A stretch of DNA of 64,000 bases from Raillietiella orientalis (lineage: Eukaryota): the NCBI GenBank assembly GCA_036172245.1, contig JAYWIR010000018.1, forward strand, positions 248,001-312,000. Reading direction: 5' to 3'. Below are positions 53,401 through 64,000 of the stretch, piece after piece. The notes under the pieces are model-generated. The model made no database searches. It was not told the origin of the DNA and was given only the letters and a program-made list of their open reading frames with translations. The translations under genes and the position numbers were made by a program. Position 1 is the stretch's first letter. Each line of letters opens with the position of its first letter.

Positions 53401-56400
53401 CAGAAGGATTACTATGAAATACAAAGTACGTTCGTGCTTCCTAAGCGTATTCTCTCTACAACACAATGCAGTTTGTTTAAAACTCAAGTGGCTAACTTAG
53501 TCTGGAGAACTAGGCTTGAAATAAGTTTATCGTGAATTCATCAAATCAACAGAGAAGCAATCCAATTTTCTGCTGTTTTTCAAAAACCTACAATGTTTCA
53601 AACCCCAAAGAGGTGTCACCATCTTTCCCCTTACTAGTACAGCGCACACATCAACTCCACGCATCATTTTAATGTACTGAAACGCTACATCTCAGCTTCA
53701 CTGCTGACCTCTACTGGTGTCTGACCTAATAAGAAACTGCACAACCTTGATCTTTAGGTTCCTGACAATCAGCATTTTTTTTAACTGCTCCAGAATATCT
53801 ACTTCCAGCTGCTCAGTTTGATCAGGATTCCAATGAAATTCAAATGCTAATGCTGTTAAATGCACACTTTCTTCATGCTTACCCTGTTCTGCTGCGAAAA
53901 TTCGAATTGGAAAAAGAGCTTTCGGGATAATTTGCCTCACATTGCAACGCAAGAGCTGCCAATTCCATTGAGCATTCTGTTTGAGTTGTAAGAAGTGGCA
54001 CCTGCAAAAATAGTTTTACTAGCTAAAAGGCCAACATTCTTGTTTTTGCTGGGTGAAGACTGCGATGCATATACAAACAAGAAATACGAAGGTCTCATTC
54101 CACTAGTGGATATAAGTCAGAATAGACATATAATTCGCAGAAAAAAGAAAAAAAAAAAATCTTTCAGGCTGCTACTGAACACGAAGCTTGGGACCTTACT
54201 GTATTATTTTCAGCACTTGGATTCTATACATTTTGATAAGAGCGTTTTAACACTATTCCAACATGCTGTAATCTCCCTTACTATGCTGCTTCAGACATGA
54301 AGCTCTTTTCGAAACAAGTAAACGGAATTTGTCCAAATATGTTTTTATGATACTGTACTCATCTGATCAATATCTTCCTGATACACTTCGGTCCTGAAGG
54401 ATAAAATTTCACTCAGTTTGAAAGTATATGGTGGACTAAGTAAAATGGCATTATTTCGAATAAACACTGCTTAACATCTAGGAAGACAAAACAGCAAATA
54501 AGGATATTGATAGTTATAGGTGTTTATTTAGGAGGAAATATATATTTGTAAGCGCACAGTATCTCTGTTGAATTGATGTAACAGATAGAAATAGTAAAGT
54601 AGCAGTTACAAACAGGATGTTATATCTACATCCATGTCCATTTTCCATTTCAGTTATTTGATGTATTAAAAAAAAGTGTAGAAATGTATAACAAAATTAT
54701 GCTTACTCGCTAACAGTGTTTATTTATTTTGGAGTTGGCCAGTGCAACAAAGAACCTAACTTTATTAAGTTAGGGTCCTTTTGCGGCACTTCATTCTGCA
54801 GTGAGTGTGTTTCAGTGCACGAAATAAAAAGATTGAGTCAAAAAAGATTGACATCCGTGAAGCTTGATGAAATCGAAGACATATAATATTTTGTGCCTTG
54901 GGTTGAGCTTAGAATAAATCTTTGGAGCTTCTATTTTATGCCTTGCTTTGATTTACCTTGATTCCTAACTATCACTTTTTACGTCTGAGATGACATGGTA
55001 ACACTAGCTGGATTTGCTCATGAATTCCCCCGACTGTTTTTGTTCAGAAATTTTTCCTTCTTCGTTAAGGATTGTAGTTCTTTCCGGTAGAGTGATTGAA
55101 ATAACTTATTCATTGTTGCGTAATTGATCCTTAACATGAAAACCAGCGCAATTAAGTTTCCAAAGCTTCATTTGCGGTATCCCAATTTTGTACATAATAT
55201 CGATGATGGTTTTGTTTCCTAATATGTACATTTATACATGAATTGATGCTTACAGATGACCGATTCGGTGTCCGAGAAGCCGAGCATCCTGCGCTGCGGC
55301 CTGCTGGGGGTAAAGAGGGGTAAGCAGCCGGTAGCCATCGTTAGCCCACCGTGGATGGAAGGAAAAAGTTACGTAGAAGCATGAGAACTCCTCTGCCTTT
55401 GTTTTAAAACGAAAAGAATGCTGGAGACAGGAAAATGTGTTCCGTTTGGACATGGGAACAGAAATTCACAAATGCCTTCCTTCCTACTCATGCCGGCAGA
55501 TGGAGAGGAGTGAGTGGGAGAATGCTTTTCCCACGTAACAACTCTGGCATCATCAGCCGGATAGACCCTCAAGCGATTCGGCTCGTTTGCTCAGCTGCCA
55601 TTGCAAGGAACCCTTCGGTCTTGCATTTGAGTCGCTGCCAACGAGCTCCAGCGAACTGCTGTGGTCCTGTGTGGGTGCCGTGCGATAGCCAGCGACAGCA
55701 TGCGTGGGCGGAATCGAGCGCGGCTGCGCTCTTCCCTATTGCACTACGTGTACTTGCGTGTCTGTCCTCCCCTTCTCTTCTCCCCAGATAGTCCCTGCCT
55801 ACGCGATGCATAGAATCGGATTTCCGGAAATCCGCAGCCAGGGACGAGGACGTGTGGAGAGGGCCCATGAAGTATGAGTGCCCTCAGCCAGATCAATGGA
55901 CCAACAGTATCGTTCAGGATGCCTTTGGAGAAATTGAAAAGCTGCGAGAGCATAGCACATGAAGACGGTAGAGGAGATCGAAAGGAGAAGGGCTACGTAG
56001 GGTAACAGATGTGTAACAGATGGACTGGGAGCCGTCGTCCCAGAAAAAAGAAGAGGAAGAATGAGACACAGAAGGCCGTGAGGCACAATGGAGACAGACC
56101 AGGGAAACTCTGGTTGAAAACGATGCAAATGCAAACCAAGGTGAGAAAGCAAATGACGCCACGAGAACAAGTTTTAAAGACAGAGATCGATGCCAGAGGC
56201 AACAACAAATGAAGCGACTCATCGGTCGCAAGTTCGTTTCGAAAATGGTGGTTGCTAACGCAACAATGCATTCAGGAATGGTCCCGGTTTCAGGAACAAC
56301 ATTCAGGAGGTTCACCTTCGTGGACGCAGGGGAGTTTTGTTTCGCTGAATTCACCGCTGCCATCCATCCCAGTCCGGCGTGAACGGAAATGGTCATTCCA

Positions 56401-56699
56401 GAAAAAAGCCAGAAAATTTCCAGGTACCTTGGGAGGAGCAAGCTGTGAGCGAAGGAGGGGTCGGCTTCTTCTCCTTTTAGGCGATCCTTGGCAGTGGCTC
56501 GTCCCCGTTCCGCCACGCAGTCGACTGTCGGCACTCCTCAGGGTTGCCGACTCTTCTCGAAGAATTCTAGGGACTGCTCTCGTCCTCTTCGGAAGAAAAA
56601 ACGACGCTGGAGAACAGGAAGTTCTATAGGATGCTGCACTCAAAGCAGGGAAGCATCGCTTCAGGGGGACTCGAGAAAGAGTCCCCCTCCGCCCTCCTT

Positions 56700-57450
56700 C
56701 TCAAGCTGGCCTCTGTCGGAAGCTTAGGACTATCCCTTGTAAACTGAGAAAAATTCAAGCAGAGGATCTTCAGCAGACCATCCTCTACCACGTCCCCTCA
56801 GCTCACCTTTCCTTTTCCCCTTCGGCAGGGATCCTCCTGACGAACGTTTCCTCACGGGAACACGAGCTGACGACCCTATCCCTCGTCCTGGACTATCCCG
56901 ATTCCGAACCCGATCCATGATCGTCCGGTCGAGATGGCAGCAGCCTCCTCTCTGAGGGATCTCACGCCCTTCCTTGCTGTTGCCCGTAATTCATGACCTA
57001 GGTCATTGCACTATTGCATTCCCGTAACGGTTCGCCTCCATCTGCTCCAATGGACAGCTCCTGGTTCGTCACTGTGCGTCTCCTTGAGGTGATCGGTTGG
57101 ACCGCCCTACGAAAAGGGTTAGGGGAGATACAGATGAAAAGAGAAACTTGGTGGACAGCGGGCAAAGCGGAGGGAGTGCAGTGGGCCATTCCTCAGGACT
57201 CGCCCACTGCACCAGAGCACTTTTTTAGTGCGAATTCCGATGGACTTCCGCGTCCTGCCTCATTTTTTTCCCGACTTCCACGTTCCTCTGGAGGGTGTAG
57301 GGTGGCCAGCCCACCGCTTCTGCCAGCAACCGCTCGTCCTGGGACTTTTTCCGAAGTCCTGGGACCCTCCGCCGATCCCTAGAGATTTTGACTGATGCTT
57401 CCAAGATCTCACAAGCTTCCCAGAGTTCTACAAAGACCTGGGGTAGGGAC
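56700..57450 (+). mobile_element. Decayed DIRS-like RT/RNase H remnant
   Basis: FMT*VIALLHSRNG..PMDSSWFV..LLEVIGW (cf. RPVVAxLRxxGI..YLDDWLI..LLxxLGW) near 56990-57100, and ILTDASK...WG at 57385 (RNase H TDAS motif). Probably extends further on both sides. Confidence 0.45.
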
Positions 57451-58859
57451 CTGAGGTTTCGGTAGGAAAGGGAAGGAGAGGGGAGGTTCGAGCTCGTCAC
57501 CCTTTCCGGGACTTCCTTAGGGCATTTCCAGGTTCCTGCCTTCAAACAGACAGGGCTCCCATCTTCTTTTGCTCCCCTCTTCTGTCCCATGCCATGTTTC
57601 CGCCCTCGCCTCCAGGTGCTCCAGACAAACAGGGTCCATCAGTTGACTAGAGTGGGACCACCCAACCACCAGCCCTCCTGCTCCTTTTCTTAGTGCGAAA
57701 TCCGAAGGTGCGCCGGGAGGCGGTGTCTCTCCTAGTAGCCGAGGTGACTCTACGCCCGGGAAGTCTCTGCCTTCACCCTTGTCACGCGCATCTGGCCTCC
57801 AGGGAAGTGGACAGAGTTGTGGATGTTTGCTGTGACTGTCTTTGAAGAGGCAATTGGGCACCTCGTTCGCGCGACGCTCCCAGGTACTCCCTTGCTCCGC
57901 TTGAGGGGAGAAGAAGGGGCAAATATGTTCAACGGGTAGAGTGAGCGTGTTTGGGGATGGAGACGGAGGCGGGACGAGGGGGAGGTTCACTGGTGCCCTA
58001 TCCCCTTCCTTTCTTGCTGCCTGGGGAGGTCGAACGCGACGCTGTGCGCTGAGGCAGCAGAGGGGGGAGGGAGCAAATGCGGGATGAAGTGCAGGGAACT
58101 TTGCCCGGATGACGATGGCGGATGAACGTGATCCCCCTCGTGCCCCCTCACGGGACGGGAGTTCCTCCTTCCCCTCCCTGCTCTCCTCCTCCCCTATCTC
58201 CACTGTCCGGGCCGATCGCGTGCTCTCGCGAGCGTACGCGACCTTCCCACGAGCCGACTGACGGGAAAAAAGCACGGAGCGCTCGGGTTCCTCGTGGTGC
58301 CCGCAGGCACTGCCGGATGAGCCTCTCAGTTCCGCCCCAATCGGGGAGTCGGGAGGGAACCCTCATTCCCTCGCTCCTCTCCCCACGCTTGGGGGGAGAA
58401 CAAGCGAGAAGATCTTGCCTGCCCGCTACTGCCGAGGTGATCCCGAGGCCCCGGGCACACGTGGAAGCGGAGCAGCGGCGGCGACGGTGGCGCTCCTACC
58501 CCCAGCCACCCTTGCGACACTTCCTGGCGGAGTGGCGTTCGCCGTTTCCCAGGCAACGACGAGCACTCCCCTTGCCGAGAGTGGACGAGTTTCGTCCCAA
58601 GGTCTCCTCCTCCTCCCGCCATCGGGCGCCTCACGCGCTCACTTTAGGGCGCGCGTCGCGACAGTTCCATCCCAAAGGGAGAGGGCAGAAAAATCCCACC
58701 CTCCCCCTCGCACTATGCGAGTAGTGACGGCACTCCGCTCCCAGGCCTCTGCGGCGCTCCTCGTGGGGGCGTTGCGGGACGGGCACCGAGGAAACGGGTA
58801 GAGCTGAGCGCTCGCCTGCACCGCGATGTCCTTGGAAAGGTAACCATGACAACAAGGGT

Positions 58860-59540
58860 GACAGCGGAGGTAGTAGGAACAGAAATAATAAAAGTAGTGA
58901 TGCTGGTAAGAGTAATGATAACCTTGGAAGGGAATAATGGTATCGAAGGTAGTGGAAGTAACGATCGTGATGTAATAGTAACAGCAATCTTAACAATAAT
59001 AAGAGTAGTGTGGTACGAGCGACGCTAAAAGCAACCCTAGTGCATATCAGAATTACTGGTACTGCAGCAGCAGTCGTAATAGACAGTACAGGTAGTAGGA
59101 TAATAGTCAAGCAAGCAGTAATAAATAATAGGATAATAGTAATCATAGCAGTAATAACAAGAACAAAAGTAATAACCACAAAAATAGAGGCTATAAGAGA
59201 AATACCGATGCCGTAGGTAGTAGTAATAATAACGACAATAGAAGTGGCAGTAATAATAGTAATGCTAATAGTGATAGCAGCAGCGATAATGGTAATAGCG
59301 TAATAGTAATAACCATAGTAGTAACAGTGAGAACGATGATAAACAGCGACGACAACAGTATTGATAGAAATAATAATAGTAGTAGTAGTAGCGAAAATAA
59401 CAGCAGCCATTGTAACTGTAATGGCACCAATAATAACGGAATTCGCAGTAACAATAACAGCAGCGATAATAAGAGAAATGGATATGGTTGCAACGAGTGA
59501 TAACAGAATCATGATAAAGAATTCAGGCAGTGGTGGCAAT
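58860..59540. repeat. Degenerate trinucleotide low-complexity tract (ATA/GTA/GCA/ACA units)
   Basis: Runs such as GTAATAATAGTAATGCTAATAGTGATAGCAGCAGCG; purine-rich on the + strand. Confidence 0.85.
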
Positions 59541-60778
59541 GGAGACGGCGGGTAGTGACCATGGCAACGACAACGGCTGCGGAGGAGAAGGCGTCTGTCG
59601 CCACGGCCGCTTGCGCGCACGCGAGCGAGCGTGGAACGCTGACCAGTACACTCCCGTCGCCCCCGCGTTCCGCTCCCACTGCTGCTGCTGCTGCTGCTGC
59701 TGACCACCGCCTCCTCTCATCTTCCTCCTCCTCCCCCCCCTCTCCCGTACGAGAAGCGCGCGGTGGCGAGTTTGCAACGCCTCTTTTCCGAGCCCCCCCC
59801 CCCTCCCCCGTGATGGGAGACCCTTGCGCTCGGGAACGGCCATCCGGCCAAGGGGGGTAAACGAACGGGCACGCCAACGTCACGCCGTGGGAGTGAACTG
59901 CCGTGGAGGGCGCGCTTCGGGCCTCCTCGACACGTGCAAAGTCCGAGCGTACCTTTGCGTTCTCCCGAGCGGAGGCGTGCAGTTTCCGTACGGCAATCCG
60001 TCGAGGCCTGCCTGCGTACCATTGCTGCAGGCGTAGCCTCTTCCCAGTGAGACGGGGAGAGGGGAGAGAGGGAGGGAGAGGGAAAAGAGAAAGAAGGAGG
60101 GAAGAAAAGAGAACACCACCACCGCATAAATCGATTTAGCCAGAAAACACTGCAGTCAGCGAGTTTCAACGCGGTGTGCCGCGCGCTTCGATTTCCGTTC
60201 GCCCAGATGGCGAAATCCTGGACTCGGCGTGACGGTTTGTCCCAACGAAAAACAAAACCCGGGAGGACTGCCGAGGGAAAAGGAAAAGAAAAAAATTCGC
60301 ATTCCTCGACAGCCACCTGTAAATGCGTGCCCCCCCCCCCCCAAAAAAAAAAAGAGAGAGGGGAGGAGGAGGGGGAGGAGGGGGGAGGAAAGAAAAAGAA
60401 AGAAAGAAAGAAGAAGAGGAAACATATGCAAAAAGAAGGCGTTTACTTGGTCCCCCCCCCCCATCTCTTGTCTTGAAATTTCGTTTCCCGCCGAATGTTC
60501 GCCTTTCCACCTCGCAGCGTTTCGCAAGCCGCCAACCCTCCCTTCGCGCGCGTCCTCCGCAAGTTTTTCACTTCGCCCTTCCCGAAGTGGATCGTGCAAC
60601 CCATGATCCCGTAATTCGTTTCTCTGCCTCTTTTCTCTTCCTATACAGGAATTTCGTACTGCTCCAGCAGAACGAAGCCGGCAAGCAAGCAGTCACGCAA
60701 TGCCGATAGCTGCTTGATTTTTTTTTTTTTTTTTTCCCCCTCCTGATTCGGAAACAGCAAAGAGTCCCTGTGCTCACG

Positions 60779-60800
60779 TGTGTGTGTGTGTGTGTGTGTG
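60779..60800. repeat. (TG)n microsatellite
   Basis: About 11 consecutive TG units. Confidence 0.9.
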
Positions 60801-61357
60801 TTGAATCCTCCGGCTCCAACGCCGTCGCTTCTTCACTCCCTGCTTCCACGACTTTTGTCTTAAGATCCGACATCCAAACCAGTGGTGTTTCGTTCGAAGG
60901 ATTCAAAATGGACGCCTTGCGGGGGAGGGAAAGCCGACGAGGTTTCCGTGCGAAATCAGAAGCACACGGAAGAGCACACATCTGCTGGATGCTTGCGTTT
61001 GCACGTGGCAAACACATCACTTGTTTAACTGATAAAAACGAAAATTTCAGGTTTCTTGCAACTCCATCAGCCGCTCGCGCCGCTTCAAGGTATTGTGTTT
61101 GTTAGCCTCGCTAGCCTCGCTAGCCCCGAGGAGAGGGAAAGAAAAAAAAAAAAAAATAAGCTGCTGCTGCTGGTTGGAGAGTTTCCGTCACGTGATGCTT
61201 GGCAACTCGCCAGAAATGTTCACCTTCGTTGCCATACCCACGTCAGTAGTGTAGCATATAGTACCGCTCGCTGTGTGTGTATACGTTGCGAAACGTGCGA
61301 TTGTACCAACTCGCTTTTTATTTCACGTTGTGGATTTGAACGTGTTGAACATGGAAT

Positions 61358-62719
61358 ATGCAATACTGCGAAGTTATTCGCGTACAGGAACGTAATGTGT
61401 GTCCGACACCAATGGAGGAGTGTGAAGAAAATATCTCATCCGAAGTGGAGCCACGTAAAATCGGAATCAGTTCCTTGTATCCGGAAATCTTGTCACATAT
61501 CTTTAGTTACCTGGAAGTGTACGAGAAGGGAAGGGTTGCTCAAGTATGCCACAAGTGGAAGGAAGCGGTGTATTCCCGGTCGGTATGGCGAGGTGTCGAG
61601 GCGAAGATGCACCTCCGCAAGATAAACAGATTCCTGTTCCCGAGCCTCGCGCGCCGGGGCATCCGGCGTGTTCAGATCCTGAGTGTTCGCAAAGGGCGCA
61701 GTGAGCTGTCCAGCCTGCGCACGGTTTTCGACAAGCTGCCCACCTTGGAATCCTTGAACCTGAGCGGGTGTTACAATCTGACCGACCACGAGCTGAGCGA
61801 CGACTTCGTGAAGCTCCAGCTGCCGTCTCTGACCACCCTGAACCTGAGTCTGTGCAAGCAGCTGAGGGATTGCTCCCTGGGGTGGATCTCGCTGTCCTGC
61901 TGCAACCTGGAAGTGCTCGAGCTCGGCGGTTGCACCAACGTCACCGACAACGGCCTGCAGTTCTTGGCCACCAGCCTGTCCAAGCTGCGGTCGCTGAATC
62001 TGCGGTCCTGCAGGGCGGTCTCGGACCAGGGCATCGCTTATCTCACGGGGCGCTCCTTCCGAAGCTCCGGCGGCAACGCCCAGCTGAAGCAGCTCAGCCT
62101 GCAGGACTGCCAGAAAATAACGGACGAAGCGTTGAGACACATTGCCGACGGCCTCGCCGTGCTGCACGCCATCAATCTCAGCTTCTGCGGCAACATAACC
62201 GACGCAGGTATGAAGTTCATAGCCCGCATCCCCAGTCTTCAGGACCTGAATTTGCGTTCGTGCGATAATATATCCAACGTCGGTATAGCGTATCTCGTGG
62301 AGGGTGGGTCGAGTGTCTCCTCCCTCGATCTATCCTTCTGCGATAAAATTAGTGATGAGGCCTTGGCACATATTGCTCGGAATGGATCATTACCTTTGCG
62401 CTCCTTATCACTCAACGCTTGCCCCGTGTCGGATGATGGCATATGTCGTCTGTGTCACGGGGCCCCGCTGCTGGAAACCCTCAACATCGGCCAGTGCACG
62501 AAGATCACGGATACCGGATTGCATCTCATAGGCGAGAGGATGCTGTGCCTGCGATGTCTGGATTTGTACGGTTGCACCAAGATCACCACGATCGGCTTGG
62601 AACGCATCATGCAACTCCCTCGGCTTAGCGTACTTAATCTCGGCCTGTGGCAAAAGTTCTCTCCGCAAGGGTGGTCCTCCCCACCAGTTTCCACCTACAG
62701 TGGCCCCATTACTACTTAA
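61358..62719 (+). CDS. FBXL14: F-box/LRR-repeat protein 14 (Partner of paired, Ppa ortholog), single coding exon, 453 aa
   Basis: F-box ISSLYPEILSHIFSYLEVYEKGRVAQVCHKWKEAVYSRSVWRGVEAKMHLR, then LFPSLARRGIRRVQILS, Cys-containing LRRs, and C-terminal IDLYGC-like LDLYGCTKITTIGLERIMQLPRLSVLNLGLW. Confidence 0.95.
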   Translation: MQYCEVIRVQERNVCPTPMEECEENISSEVEPRKIGISSLYPEILSHIFSYLEVYEKGRVAQVCHKWKEAVYSRSVWRGVEAKMHLRKINRFLFPSLARRGIRRVQILSVRKGRSELSSLRTVFDKLPTLESLNLSGCYNLTDHELSDDFVKLQLPSLTTLNLSLCKQLRDCSLGWISLSCCNLEVLELGGCTNVTDNGLQFLATSLSKLRSLNLRSCRAVSDQGIAYLTGRSFRSSGGNAQLKQLSLQDCQKITDEALRHIADGLAVLHAINLSFCGNITDAGMKFIARIPSLQDLNLRSCDNISNVGIAYLVEGGSSVSSLDLSFCDKISDEALAHIARNGSLPLRSLSLNACPVSDDGICRLCHGAPLLETLNIGQCTKITDTGLHLIGERMLCLRCLDLYGCTKITTIGLERIMQLPRLSVLNLGLWQKFSPQGWSSPPVSTYSGPITT

Positions 62720-64000
62720 TTGAGTTCTCTTCATTACATATCGAGAGTTGAGCTTATGATTCCCGGAATGCTGTGATATCCAACATTTGGTGCTCGTCCT
62801 CAACACTAGAGAAAAAGTGATGCTGCGCTGCTAAGTTTCTGCGAACGGTCCCCCTCCGTATCCATGGCGATGCATTCCTCCTGTTCGACATGTGTTCTTG
62901 ACGCGGTGTCGGAATTCAGCGGCGTTTCTGCTGGAGTGCTTTGTACAATCAAGAAAATGACAGAAGTGATGCGAAAATTATTATGACTAATCTCTTACCT
63001 AACGTTGTATTTTTTTTCCTGGAATATTTTAGCATCCAGAGATGTTCAGTGCTATTGTTTGAGAAAAATAAAGATCATTTATTGGCAGGATCATAGATTG
63101 GTCCAAATCAGTCGTTCGGAATCGGTTTGGGCGGGAAAAAAAAAAAAAAAACGACTCAGCAAAAACAAAAGAAGGAAAAGCGAGGAGCTCGTCATCGACC
63201 GTTTTTCCCGACTCCCTATTTACCTCGCACGTCAACCCACTTGGAATGCGGGGAGTTGGAAGCAGCAGCAATACAGCGAAGGAAGCCGTCGTAAGAATGT
63301 GGGGGTTGAAAACAAAGCGGGAGGGAAGGGGAACGGGGCGGATGGTTCCTTCTTGGTGTGCTTCCCGACGCGCGCTGAGAAGAATGGATTTTTCGGATCT
63401 GCTGGTATCGTCTTCCCTGGCCACGTTTTTGTGCCTCCGTCGCGTGACGGGGTAGACGGGAGCGCTTTCCGTGCCGCTGCCGTGCGTCCAGCGTGCCCCA
63501 CGCGAAGCCCTCACTTTCCTGCGGAGGGCCCGGCCCACGCGTGGGCGAGCGGGAGAGAGCATTGGGCCGCGGCGGAGGTTGGGAGAGCGAGGCAGGCTGC
63601 TCCTCCGGGACGTGCGGGAACGAGGATGGGAGCGGCCAGCGCGGTGTTCTAGGTGGGGCGAGGACCGACGCGAGATGACGACGACTTTGCCTGCGGAGTG
63701 CAGGGAGAGGCAAGCAAGGAAACCAGGGTCGTCGCTAACGACTGTTCCGTCCACCAGCGAGCTCCCCTCCGACGACTTCGCCACGTACGGGGGGAAGCGG
63801 AGGTCCATCCGCGCTGAGTGCGTCTGCTTTGGTGGTGACCCGTTCTTCGCAGGGCAGATACAAGGATGGGAAACTGGAGCGGCGCTGCTCTCGATGCAGC
63901 CTAGAACGGAGGAAAGGGGGGGTGGGAAGACCACGTTCGCTAGGGGAGCGGCGGCTCAGTCTAATGGGGCCCGGCAGGGCGGATCGTCTCCTCCTGTTCC

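Noticed and set aside
55800..56650. Several 100-200 aa ORFs on both strands
   Set aside because: No recognisable domain or splice-consistent model; probably the decayed upstream part of the adjacent retroelement remnant.
58631..59707. 358-aa hydrophobic minus-strand ORF resembling a multi-pass membrane protein
   Set aside because: It is the translation of a degenerate TAT/TAC/TGC trinucleotide tract that happens to lack stops on that strand; no family motif.

Overview
Eukaryotic (invertebrate, probably arthropod) genomic DNA with compact, intron-rich genes; many introns are only about 39-62 nt. I could assemble seven complete genes by hand: LSM12 (+, 5076-6079, with a U12-type first intron), a 20-exon glycine dehydrogenase GLDC (-, 24596-10054, 989 aa), Nup62 (+, 27022-31146), a TTLL4-type glutamylase (+, 35069-38285), two tandem GT43 glucuronosyltransferases (-, 40944-39738 and 44171-42376) and intronless FBXL14/Ppa (+, 61358-62719). 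There are also several heavily decayed DIRS-like and Ty3-like retroelement remnants. The standout feature is that the last four GLDC exons exist twice, as an apparently identical 2108-bp inverted repeat (9827-11934 vs 44593-46700) bracketing a 32.7-kb five-gene block. The inner boundary lies in GLDC intron 16, so flipping the block would regenerate an intact GLDC in either orientation. The identical core has diverged shoulders and is very GC-rich, which suggests an old duplication kept homogeneous by gene conversion or recurrent inversion. An assembly artefact must still be excluded with long reads. All alignments and counts were done by eye; family assignments come from recalled motifs, not database searches.
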